Part shown: positions 1 through 10,161 of the stretch, piece after piece
Layout: each line of letters opens with the position of its first letter
Position numbering within the stretch: the first letter of the stretch is position 1
From: Cytophagales bacterium
Lineage (GTDB): Bacteria; Bacteroidota; Bacteroidia; Cytophagales; Cytophagaceae
Length of the DNA: 64,000 nt
Reading direction: 5' to 3'
Assembly (NCBI GenBank): GCA_043732665.1
Contig: JAYTHK010000220.1
Coordinates: forward strand, 8,860-72,859
Position numbers and translations under genes: made by a program
The notes under the pieces: model-generated
Database searches by the model: none
Told to the model about the DNA's origin: nothing
What the model saw: only the letters and a program-made list of their open reading frames with translations

Positions 1-74
1 CTAGAACTAGCATCGAGCTCGCCGTCAATCGAAAGGATATAAAACTGATTTTCTTTTAAGGTGTTAATATTCAT
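1..74 (-). CDS. STAS-domain anti-sigma-factor antagonist (SpoIIAA/RsbV-like). Only the N-terminal 24 codons are in the window.
   Basis: The reverse complement of 1-74 reads ATG MNINTLKENQFYILSIDGELDASS, a typical STAS N-terminus (..GELDasS). It starts 47 nt downstream of the PP2C phosphatase stop on the same strand. Confidence 0.5.
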   Translation of the reverse strand, partial: MNINTLKENQFYILSIDGELDASS

Positions 75-121
75 TCGTTAGGTATTTTTACGTGGATACT
101 AAATAATTGTTATTTGATTAT

Positions 122-2230
122 TTAAACAAATTTTAGGATAATAAGGGTATAATCATCATTCACCTCATTTTTCCCAGTAAAGTCGTACAAGTCGTTCAAG
201 ACAACTTCTGATAGTTGTTTAGGCGTTAGCACTATGTTTTTCGCGATGACTTTATAAAGGGTTTCAAATCCGTATTCTTCGCCTTCTTTGTTTGTAGCCT
301 CTATGATCCCGTCCGTATATAAGATTAAGAGGTCATTTTTGTCGTAAGAATAAACTTTTTGCTCTATGTGATTTATGTAACTGTCGTTCCGGACGATGCC
401 TAATCCTAAGCCTTTTTGCTCTAGCAAACTAAATGATTTATTTTTTTCTGAATAATGCAGGGATTGGCAATGACCTGCTCTTGCATATTCAAATTTATTG
501 TTCTCAATATCTATGATGAATAGACTTAACGTGATAAATGATTTTTTTTCCAGACAAGCTGCAACCGCTTTATTGGCATACGCCATAAATTGATTAGCAG
601 GAAGGTTTAGTTGTATAAGACTTTGGAAAATGCCTTTCATTTGCGCCATATTAAAAGCCGCTGTTGTTCCGTTTCCAGAAACATCTCCAATGGTGAGCGC
701 AATTTTTTTACCGTTAGGATACGTATATATATCGTAATAATCGCCCCCTACATCGTCTGCCGCTTTTGAGAAAGCATGGATTTGTAGATGGTCGTTAAGC
801 ATCATATTGGTTGGAAGAAGTCGTTTTTGTACTTCTTTGGCTATTTTTACTTCTTCACGGTAACGTTGGTTTTGAAGGGCATCTGAAACTAATCGGTAGT
901 TTTTTATAGCAAGACTCGCCTGACTTACAAAAGCGTATAACACGTCAGTAGCAGTTTTATCAAAGCCGTTATTTTTATTTTTTATCAAAACCAATGTTCC
1001 CAAAAACTCATTGTTAGAAGTGAGCGGTAACATGATTGAAGACTTATAGGGCAAATCTATAATCCGTTCGTTGTGGGCTAAATTTTTGAACGCTTTAATA
1101 TGATAAAGTCCTTTTTTTGTGTTGATGTGATTTTTTCGAAGTACCTTTTTTAGTTCGAAAACATCTATCTTATCTATATTTTGATTAATAAAAGCTTTGA
1201 TTGACCCTTTTTCATCCACCATTTCCAGCCAACCGAAATTTGCCTCTACTGCATTGATGCCACTTTGCAGCAAGAGCTCATAGATATGTTCTTCCGTTTC
1301 TCCGTCTTGTATAGATTGATTTAATTTTTGAAATACTTTCACTTCCTCTATTTTCCTTTCAAAAACAGAAGCGGTAGGAAGGTGAAACATGAGTACCAGT
1401 AAAGAGATTAATGCGTAAAAAGAAATAAAAACAAGCATGCCCAATACAAAGATATTGTCCCAGAGGTCGATGCTGAGATCGTTGGTGAGTTGGTGTTCGT
1501 ATATCTGTTGGAAATAAATGACACATATCAGGAGGATAAATGCCATAAGTACGATACTTCTGATTTTCTTTTTATAGTTAAGTAAAGCAACCCATTTTAG
1601 ATTTATGGATAGCGAAATCGCAAGTATTATAAAAGGACTTATAGAGAGATAGAAAGAAACCTTCTGTAATTTTTCATAACAGTCTCCATTGTCAAAAAGG
1701 CATTCAATGTAGTTGTATACATGAACAGGATTAACTTCAAATAAGAAGAAGCTTGATAAAATTGAAATTAGAATAAAGTATTCTAAAATATGCCAAAGAA
1801 TATCGGTTCGAGTGGTTTTATGGTAGAGAATAAATTTTTTCCAAACATAAAAAGTGCTGCCAATAAAGATCATAACCAGCCCTAGGTTGATATGAAAAAA
1901 GATAGTGTACAGCAGTAGGCTTTCAAATATTTTGACCGAAATAAAGAATCGAATAAATAGAGATGTAAGAATGGTGCTGACACCAGTAATAAATACACTC
2001 CAGAGGTATTCGTCCTGGCTATCCAATTTTTGTCTTCCAATTTCAATTTTGAAAAACAACATCGTACACAAGATGAAAAGACAAAGCAGGTAGTTGGATA
2101 AAAAGTCTGCTAACGCTGGATTAATGATTGGGTTTTCTGTGAAGTAAAAGGAAAGATTAGAAAATAGAAGTAAGAGCCAAAAAATGATGGCTAAATACAT
2201 ATATAATTTCCTAAAAGCGTTTACAGACAT
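122..2230 (-). CDS. Polytopic membrane protein with GAF and PP2C/SpoIIE-family serine phosphatase domains (RsbU-like)
   Basis: From ORF 122..2296. It has a long multi-TM N-terminal half, a GAF-like middle and SpoIIE motifs VGGDYYD, IGDVSGNG, LYTDGIIEA and NDDYTLIILKF. I moved the start to Met-23 (MSVNAF.., 2230) because the first ATG overlaps guaB by 41 nt. Confidence 0.85.
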   Translation of the reverse strand: MSVNAFRKLYMYLAIIFWLLLLFSNLSFYFTENPIINPALADFLSNYLLCLFILCTMLFFKIEIGRQKLDSQDEYLWSVFITGVSTILTSLFIRFFISVKIFESLLLYTIFFHINLGLVMIFIGSTFYVWKKFILYHKTTRTDILWHILEYFILISILSSFFLFEVNPVHVYNYIECLFDNGDCYEKLQKVSFYLSISPFIILAISLSINLKWVALLNYKKKIRSIVLMAFILLICVIYFQQIYEHQLTNDLSIDLWDNIFVLGMLVFISFYALISLLVLMFHLPTASVFERKIEEVKVFQKLNQSIQDGETEEHIYELLLQSGINAVEANFGWLEMVDEKGSIKAFINQNIDKIDVFELKKVLRKNHINTKKGLYHIKAFKNLAHNERIIDLPYKSSIMLPLTSNNEFLGTLVLIKNKNNGFDKTATDVLYAFVSQASLAIKNYRLVSDALQNQRYREEVKIAKEVQKRLLPTNMMLNDHLQIHAFSKAADDVGGDYYDIYTYPNGKKIALTIGDVSGNGTTAAFNMAQMKGIFQSLIQLNLPANQFMAYANKAVAACLEKKSFITLSLFIIDIENNKFEYARAGHCQSLHYSEKNKSFSLLEQKGLGLGIVRNDSYINHIEQKVYSYDKNDLLILYTDGIIEATNKEGEEYGFETLYKVIAKNIVLTPKQLSEVVLNDLYDFTGKNEVNDDYTLIILKFV

Positions 2231-2255
2231 TAATCCAGCGTTTAAATAAGTATGT

Positions 2256-3746
<1,491 letters not shown>

Positions 3747-3779
3747 TTATTTGCGGGACAAAAGTACGTTTTTTTTATC

Positions 3780-3856
3780 ATTTATCAAATTTGTATTCTA
3801 TCAAAATTTCTAATTTCTTATTTTATTAAATTATCAAATTGCCAAATTATCAAATC
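3780..3856. promoter_or_regulatory. Four direct copies of a TTATCAAAT-like box in the guaB/rrf2 divergent intergenic region. Candidate operator array.
   Basis: The copies are ATTTATCAAATTT (3780-3792), TCTATCAAAATTT (3797-3809), AAATTATCAAATT (3828-3840) and AAATTATCAAATC (3844-3856). The last two are 16 bp apart and lie just upstream of the rrf2 start. Confidence 0.4.
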
Positions 3857-3879
3857 ATTTATGTATTTTCGCCTTAGAT

Positions 3880-4311
3880 ATGTTATCCAAAAAAGCCAAA
3901 TACGCCTTAAAAGCACTTGTTTATCTCGCTAAAAAGAAAGAAAGTGAGTTGGTGCTTATTTCTGAAATATCAGAACAGGAAAGGATTCCAAAGAAGTTTC
4001 TCGAACAAATTTTATTGGAGATGAAGAAACATTTTATCTTACATAGTAAACGAGGAAAAGAAGGAGGGTATTACCTGAGTAAAAGCCCTGACGAAATTTT
4101 TATAGGTACTATTATAAGAATTATTGATGGTCCACTAGCTCCAATTCCATGTGTGAGTCGTCTAGGATATCAAAAGTGTGAAGAATGTATTGATGAAGCT
4201 ACCTGCGAGATCAGAAAATTGATGAAAACAGTGCGTGACTCTACTTGCGATATTCTTGATAATACTACTTTAGCCCAACTATTGAAGATGAAGGGTAAGG
4301 TTATTTTATAA
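3880..4311 (+). CDS. Rrf2-family (BadM/IscR/NsrR-like) transcriptional regulator
   Basis: 143 aa. It has the N-terminal wHTH signature MLSKKAKYALKALVYLA...ISEQERIPKKFLEQILLEMKK and C-terminal Cys residues (CVSRLGYQKCEEC). Confidence 0.9.
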   Translation: MLSKKAKYALKALVYLAKKKESELVLISEISEQERIPKKFLEQILLEMKKHFILHSKRGKEGGYYLSKSPDEIFIGTIIRIIDGPLAPIPCVSRLGYQKCEECIDEATCEIRKLMKTVRDSTCDILDNTTLAQLLKMKGKVIL

Positions 4312-4670
4312 CTATTTTTATATTTTATAAAATATCAATAAGAAAATCCAGCTTTTTTGAAAAATGTTCTTGTTTTTGAAAATATATTAATATTACTTTG
4401 TCTATCGAATCAATGGAGATTATATACAATTTAAAAATTATGGCAAAGTTTTATGAGTTAAGAAGATTATGGTTGCTTAAATCATTAAGTAAAGTAAGAA
4501 TAGAGGCTAATTTCATTCATTCAATCTATATTGATATTATAGGGTTTATATATATATTTTATGCCTGTTGTCTTTAGTTACGTGGGTAGCTTATCCAAGC
4601 CAATGGGTGTAAAATCCCAATTTCAAGTAAAATTATATTAAATCAACAACAAATTAATTATTAGACCATC

Positions 4671-6122
4671 ATGAAGAGAAAATTATTACTAATTCTATTT
4701 AGTGTATTCAGTATTGGCGTTGCTATCGCTCAACCTACCACAGAAGATCTTTTGAATATTCTGGTAAATGAGAACGTTCTTAATAGAGACAAGGTAGATT
4801 CACTAAGGGCAGACATTGCTGTGGAACAACAAAAAACACCCAAAGACAAGACCTTTACAATAGAGGCAGACTTGCGTACCCGTTCAGAAATTAGAAGTGG
4901 CTTTGGTAAACTCCGCAACGATACCTCTCACGCTTCTACTTTTACGAATCAGCGTTCTAGAATCCTGATGACCTATAAACAAGAAGGTAAATTCATTTTC
5001 CATACTTCCTTTCAGGACATACGAGTTTGGGGAAATGCGGCTCAAAAGTCTACTGCTGGAACCTTACAGATCTTTGAGGCATGGGCACAACCTTTCATTA
5101 CCCCAAAACTTTCGGTGCGTATAGGGAAACAGAAACTGGTTTTTGACAACCAACGATTGTTTGCCGAAAACGACTGGCGTCCACAAAGTGGAACCCACGA
5201 TGCCTTTAACTTGATCTACCGTGGCAATAAGCTTTCGAGTGATCTGGCCGTAGCCTTTAATCAAAATGCGCAGGATATAAATACCGCGGAAACCTATTTT
5301 GGTACTGCTTACAATAATGCCGTAGCCTACAAAGGTCTTGCAGTAAGTTACCTCAAGTGGAATGCGAGTGAACGATTTACCTTATCGGCGATCAATTCTG
5401 CGGAAGGTCTTCAGTCTACCATTATAGGAGAGAGCAGGGAAAAAATGTACATGAGATACACCGATGGTGGTCGTGTAGAATACGAAAAAGGCTCATGGTA
5501 TTTGACCCTTAGTGCTTATTTACAATCAGGATGGTTGGCGACAGGGAAAAAAGTAACGGCTTGGTATGTGCAGCCCGAGGTTAAGTATACTAAAAACAGT
5601 ATTACGGTAAGATTAGGAGCAGAGGTATTTAGTGGAGACAACGCTCGCCATACGACCGACAACCAAAGCGTAGACCATAACTTCAATACCTTGTATGGTG
5701 TAGCACACCGTTTTAACGGTAACATGGAATTCTTCACTCAAAAACCTGCCAACTTGAGTAATGCAGGGATGATCAACCCTTATTTATTTTTAGTAAAAAG
5801 ATTAGGTAAGAAAGTAGAATTGAAAGCAGATTTCCATACGTTCTATTCAGAAAACAACTATGTAGTGACTGCTGCCTCACCAGTGTTTACGACAGGTACT
5901 CTTATACCAAAGTATTTAGGATTTGAGAATGATTTACTGTTATCGTTTTTCCCGAATGCGTATACAAAAATAGATTTAGGAGCTTCGTATGCTATCGCCA
6001 CAGCATCAATGAGTCAAGTATTGGCGAAGTCTAACGGTTATTATGGCAATACCAATATGATACCAACTTGGTACTATGTATCCTTGTCTTTCAAACCGCA
6101 ACTATTCAAACATAAATTTTAA
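4671..6122 (+). CDS. Outer-membrane porin of the alginate-export (AlgE-like) beta-barrel family. Putative anion/phosphate porin.
   Basis: It has a signal peptide ending AIAQ and a motif block IGKQKLVFDNQRLFAENDWRPQSGTHDAF resembling the Alginate_exp family. The C-terminus is aromatic-rich. It lies directly upstream of pstSCAB. Confidence 0.65.
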   Translation: MKRKLLLILFSVFSIGVAIAQPTTEDLLNILVNENVLNRDKVDSLRADIAVEQQKTPKDKTFTIEADLRTRSEIRSGFGKLRNDTSHASTFTNQRSRILMTYKQEGKFIFHTSFQDIRVWGNAAQKSTAGTLQIFEAWAQPFITPKLSVRIGKQKLVFDNQRLFAENDWRPQSGTHDAFNLIYRGNKLSSDLAVAFNQNAQDINTAETYFGTAYNNAVAYKGLAVSYLKWNASERFTLSAINSAEGLQSTIIGESREKMYMRYTDGGRVEYEKGSWYLTLSAYLQSGWLATGKKVTAWYVQPEVKYTKNSITVRLGAEVFSGDNARHTTDNQSVDHNFNTLYGVAHRFNGNMEFFTQKPANLSNAGMINPYLFLVKRLGKKVELKADFHTFYSENNYVVTAASPVFTTGTLIPKYLGFENDLLLSFFPNAYTKIDLGASYAIATASMSQVLAKSNGYYGNTNMIPTWYYVSLSFKPQLFKHKF

Positions 6123-6183
6123 AAAATAAGGACTAAGAAAAAAGAAACTAAACAAATAACATAAAAAATAACAATACAAAAGC

Positions 6184-7146
6184 ATGAAAAAATTAACTAA
6201 ACACATATCTATAGTACTATCTACATTATTGATAGTAGTCCTTACTTCAGCCACTTTTCAGAAAAATGAGTCGGCGCAATACGAAGGAACAATAAGCATC
6301 TCAGGGGCTTTTGCATTGTATCCTTTAGCGGTTAAATGGGGACAGGAATATAAAAAAATACACCCAGGTGTAACCTTTGATATCTCTGCAGGTGGCGCCG
6401 GGAAAGGAATTTCAGATGCACTGGGTGGTATGGTAGATTTAGGAGCAGTATCAAGAGATTTATATCCTGAGGAATTGAAAAAAGGAGCTTTTCCAGTTTC
6501 TGTAACGAAAGACGCTGTAGTACCGACGGTAAACGCAAACAATCCTAATATAGCGGAGATTCTTTCTAAAGGAATAAAGAAAGATGTATTTATCGGAATT
6601 TTCATAAATGGTACAATTAGAAATTGGAAACAAGCAGGTTTTGCAATTTCCGCACCAATCAATACCTACAACAGATCGGATGCTGCAGGTGCTGCTGAAA
6701 CTTGGGCCAAATATCTTGGTAACAAAAAGCAAGAAGACCTAAAAGGAACTGGCGTATATGGCGATCCAGGTTTATTACAAGCAGTGAAAAGAGACAAAGT
6801 AAGTATTGGGTATAATAATATTGGTTATGCTTACGATACAAAAACCAAACAACAACTTGCAGGAATTAGAGTAGTGCCGATTGATAAAAATGGTAACGGA
6901 AAGATAGATGCAGAGGAAAGTTTTTACGGAACAATAGACGACCTAAGAGCGGCAATTGCTGCTGGTAAATTCCCTTCTCCTCCAGCGCGGGATTTATTAT
7001 TTGTATCTAAAAATAAACCACAAAAACCAGAAGTAGTGGCGTTTTTGAAATGGGTGTTAACCGATGGTCAAAAATTTGTGGCAGATGCGGGATACATTGG
7101 CTTACCTAAAGAAAAATTAGAGGCCGAATTTAAAAAATTACAATAA
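6184..7146 (+). CDS. pstS: Phosphate ABC transporter substrate-binding protein
   Basis: PBP-like sequence ISGAFALYPLAVKWGQEY...SAGGAGKGI, with operon context of two permeases and an ATPase. Confidence 0.9.
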   Translation: MKKLTKHISIVLSTLLIVVLTSATFQKNESAQYEGTISISGAFALYPLAVKWGQEYKKIHPGVTFDISAGGAGKGISDALGGMVDLGAVSRDLYPEELKKGAFPVSVTKDAVVPTVNANNPNIAEILSKGIKKDVFIGIFINGTIRNWKQAGFAISAPINTYNRSDAAGAAETWAKYLGNKKQEDLKGTGVYGDPGLLQAVKRDKVSIGYNNIGYAYDTKTKQQLAGIRVVPIDKNGNGKIDAEESFYGTIDDLRAAIAAGKFPSPPARDLLFVSKNKPQKPEVVAFLKWVLTDGQKFVADAGYIGLPKEKLEAEFKKLQ

Positions 7147-7152
7147 GAACTA

Positions 7153-8049
7153 ATGAATACAAAAATCAGATTAATAAAAGATAAGTTAGCCAGTCAAAGT
7201 ATGCTGGTACTTACTGTGCTGTCTGTTTTGTTGGCTATAATAATAGGATTGGGGCTGTACTTACGTTCAGCCCCTTTGTTGGATAATCAATCGCTTGGTG
7301 AATTATTAGGAGGCTCTGATTGGAAGCCTTTTAAAGGTCAGTTTGGATTTTATCCTTTTATAATTGGGACGCTTTATGTGACCGCTATTGCGATTATTAT
7401 AGCATTGCCTTTATGTCTTTTAAGTGCTATATACATTTCAGAGTATGCACCTGTTAGACTAAGAAAAATAATAGTACCATTTGTAGATTTATTATCGGGT
7501 ATTCCTCCTGTAGTTTTTGGCGTATGGGGTGTTTTATTTGTGGTACCTCTAATAGGAGATACTATTGCGCCTCATTTTGTAGAGTTTTCTACGGGGTATT
7601 GTATTTTATCGGGCGGTATCGTTTTGGCAATTATGATCTTTCCACTTATTATTAATGTACTTTTAGAAGTATTTGCTACAGTGCCACAAGGAATACGCGA
7701 TGCTTCTCTATCGCTAGGCGCTACGCAGTGGCAAACTTCTAAATTTATTTTGTTGAAAAAAGCATTGCCTGGTATTATAGCCGCTTCGGTATTGGCCATC
7801 TCAAGAGCTTTTGGAGAAACAATAGCTGTGTTGATGGTGTGCGGAAATGTGGCGCAGATTCCAACTTCTGTGTTTGAACCTGGATATCCATTGCCTGCTT
7901 TGATTGCCAATAACTATGGAGAGATGTTGTCGATTCCTTTGTATGACTCGGCTTTGTTATTTGCTGCATTTATATTGTTCGTCATCATATTTATATTCAA
8001 TGCTATATCGAGAATAATACTAGCACGGTTAGAAAAAAACTTAGCTTAA
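7153..8049 (+). CDS. pstC: Phosphate ABC transporter permease PstC
   Basis: 298-aa six-TM BPD-type permease. It has the EAA-like loop ASLSLGATQWQT and is the first permease after pstS. Confidence 0.9.
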   Translation: MNTKIRLIKDKLASQSMLVLTVLSVLLAIIIGLGLYLRSAPLLDNQSLGELLGGSDWKPFKGQFGFYPFIIGTLYVTAIAIIIALPLCLLSAIYISEYAPVRLRKIIVPFVDLLSGIPPVVFGVWGVLFVVPLIGDTIAPHFVEFSTGYCILSGGIVLAIMIFPLIINVLLEVFATVPQGIRDASLSLGATQWQTSKFILLKKALPGIIAASVLAISRAFGETIAVLMVCGNVAQIPTSVFEPGYPLPALIANNYGEMLSIPLYDSALLFAAFILFVIIFIFNAISRIILARLEKNLA

Positions 8050-8059
8050 TAATAAAGAG

Positions 8060-8902
8060 ATGAGAAAAATAGAAGAACAGTTCTTTAAGACGTTGATGAT
8101 ACTTTCTACTATACTTATAGTGGGTAGTTTTTTTATGATTGTTTATACCATTCTAAAAAATGGCTTACCCGCCATGAACTTGGATATGGTTACCAAAATT
8201 CCCGATGGAGGGTTTTATATTGGTAAAGAAGGAGGCGTATTAAATGCGATTATCGGTTCTTTATACATTGCAGGAGGATCGTCTATTCTTGCCTTATTCA
8301 TTAGCATTCCTATTGTAATTTATATCAATGTTTATTTAAAAAAAAACTCATGGTTTGGAAATATTACGCGTTTAAGCTTTGATGTACTGTTTGGTATTCC
8401 TTCCATTGTGTATGGTGCTTTTGGATTTACACTTATGATTTATTTTGGAATGAAGGCGTCTTTATTAGGTGGTTTAATAGCAGTTACTTTATTAGTCATA
8501 CCAATCATGGTGCGTACTATAGATGAAGTAATGCAAAATGTGCCTAAGGAAATTCTCGAAGCAATATATTCATTAGGAGCAACAAGATTTGAATCGGTTG
8601 GAATTTTGCTTAGACAAACAGCCCCAGGAGTGCTTACCGCCATACTGCTCTCTTTCGGCAGGGCAATAGGGGATGTAGCTTCTGTGATGTTTACTGCTGG
8701 CTTTAGCGACAACATACCGACTTCTCTTATGAGTCCTGCGCCAACATTGCCCTTAGCAGTTTTTTTTCAGCTCAGTAGCCCAATGGAAGAAGTGCAGGCA
8801 AGAGCGTATGCCTCAGCCTTAATTCTTACCATTATTGTGTTGACAATAAGTATTATGGCCAGGATAGTAACAAAAAGATTTTCAAAAAACAAAGTAGTAT
8901 AG
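8060..8902 (+). CDS. pstA: Phosphate ABC transporter permease PstA
   Basis: 280-aa permease with the loop EAIYSLGATRFESV. It is the second permease of the operon. Confidence 0.9.
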   Translation: MRKIEEQFFKTLMILSTILIVGSFFMIVYTILKNGLPAMNLDMVTKIPDGGFYIGKEGGVLNAIIGSLYIAGGSSILALFISIPIVIYINVYLKKNSWFGNITRLSFDVLFGIPSIVYGAFGFTLMIYFGMKASLLGGLIAVTLLVIPIMVRTIDEVMQNVPKEILEAIYSLGATRFESVGILLRQTAPGVLTAILLSFGRAIGDVASVMFTAGFSDNIPTSLMSPAPTLPLAVFFQLSSPMEEVQARAYASALILTIIVLTISIMARIVTKRFSKNKVV

Positions 8903-8908
8903 AGCAAG

Positions 8909-9670
8909 ATGGAAAATGCACCGCACATAAGTGTTCAGAATTTGAATTTATATTATGGTAATAACCATGCGTTGAAAAATATTAATATTGATATTCCAAA
9001 TAAAAAAGTAACATCCTTTATTGGGCCATCAGGCTGCGGGAAAACTACTTTGCTGAAGACCTTTAATCGTTTGCACGATACTACTGCAGATGCTAGAGTA
9101 GAAGGTAAAGTGTTGGTTGATGGCGAAAATATTTACGATTCGAATGTCGAAGTAACTTCTATTCGGAAAAAAATGGGACTTTTGTCGCAACGGCCATTTC
9201 CTTTACCTATGAATATATACGACAATATCGCTTATGGACCTCGTATTCACGGTACACGAGATAAAAAAGTATTGGATAAAATCGTAGAACAAAATCTAAG
9301 AGATGTGGCACTTTGGGATGAAGTGAAAGATAGATTAAAGCAACCCGCAGTGCGCCTCTCTATAGGGCAGCAGCAGAGACTTTGCTTGGCGAGGGGCTTG
9401 GCGGTAAACCCAGAGATTATATTAGGAGACGAACCTACCTCTGCACTTGATCCAATTTCTACACATAAAATTGAAGAGCTTTTTTTGGAACTGAAAGGTA
9501 AGTATACCATAGTCTTGGTTACACACATTCTTCGTCAAGCAAGACGCGTATCAGACTATGTAGCGTTTGTTTATAATGGAGAAATAATAGAATTCGGTCC
9601 AACGGAAGAAGTGCTGTTGAACCCACAAAAAGAATTGACAAAAGATTACGTTAGAGGATTTATAAGTTAG
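8909..9670 (+). CDS. pstB: Phosphate ABC transporter ATP-binding protein
   Basis: It has Walker A GPSGCGKTT, signature LSIGQQQRLCLARGLA, Walker B ILGDEPTSALD and a PstB-type N-terminus. Confidence 0.95.
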   Translation: MENAPHISVQNLNLYYGNNHALKNINIDIPNKKVTSFIGPSGCGKTTLLKTFNRLHDTTADARVEGKVLVDGENIYDSNVEVTSIRKKMGLLSQRPFPLPMNIYDNIAYGPRIHGTRDKKVLDKIVEQNLRDVALWDEVKDRLKQPAVRLSIGQQQRLCLARGLAVNPEIILGDEPTSALDPISTHKIEELFLELKGKYTIVLVTHILRQARRVSDYVAFVYNGEIIEFGPTEEVLLNPQKELTKDYVRGFIS

Positions 9671-9681
9671 TTTAAAAAGAT

Positions 9682-9753
9682 GGTCCCGTGGTCGAGTGGT
9701 TAGGCGGGGGTCTGCAAAACCTTTCACGTTGGTTCGATTCCAACCGGAGACCT
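9682..9753 (+). tRNA. tRNA-Cys (anticodon GCA) with one extra nucleotide in the 3' acceptor strand
   Basis: Hand-folded. The acceptor is GGTCCCG, followed by U8. The D arm is GTCG/AGGC with a GG loop. The anticodon arm is GGGGT-CTGCAAA-ACCTT. The T arm is GTTGG-TTCGATT-CCAAC. The 3' strand CGG(A)GACC pairs perfectly only if one A is bulged. The discriminator is T, consistent with Cys identity. Confidence 0.8.
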
Positions 9754-9781
9754 CTTATTATTGTTGAATTAAACGCCTATA

Positions 9782-9809
9782 CTATTTGATAAATAGCTTT
9801 ATCAAATAG
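9782..9809 (+). terminator. AT-rich 12-bp perfect hairpin after tRNA-Cys
   Basis: CTATTTGATAAA-tagc-TTTATCAAATAG. There is no clean U-tract, so terminator function is uncertain. Confidence 0.35.
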
Positions 9810-9904
9810 GTGAGAAGTGAGAAGTAAAATCTAAAGGCACGCAATACCTGATGTTTGTAACAGCAATAATGTTAGTATTTGGTTTTATTTCTCACTTCCT
9901 ACCT
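9808..9904. repeat. GTGARAAGT-family inverted-repeat element, copy A
   Basis: The left arm is AGGTGAGAAGTGAGAAGTAAAATC (9808-9831). The right arm is GGTTTTATTTCTCACTTCCTACCT (9881-9904). About 20 of 24 positions are complementary, and the spacer is about 49 bp. Confidence 0.7.
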
Positions 9905-10161
9905 ATTTCTTAATGAGCGTAAAGGATAAGAACTGTTTTTAAATTGTACAATCCTTATACAACATTGTTTTGTATTTTAAAATGGTGATTAACAGTTATC
10001 CTTTGTCCTATTTCTGCTCTTTTTTTAGCTTATACATTTAGTTATTGTCTTGTTATTGCCGAAATATATGAATCTATAGAATATTGTATAGGTTAATTTT
10101 TTGTATCTTTAGATATTAGTAAATTTCAAGTAGATATGATTCTGCCTTTTAGTATAGATAG

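Noticed and set aside
4312-4670. Pho-box or riboswitch-like element upstream of the porin-pst operon
   Set aside because: I found no convincing direct-repeat Pho box or conserved structured motif by eye, only generic AT-rich sequence.
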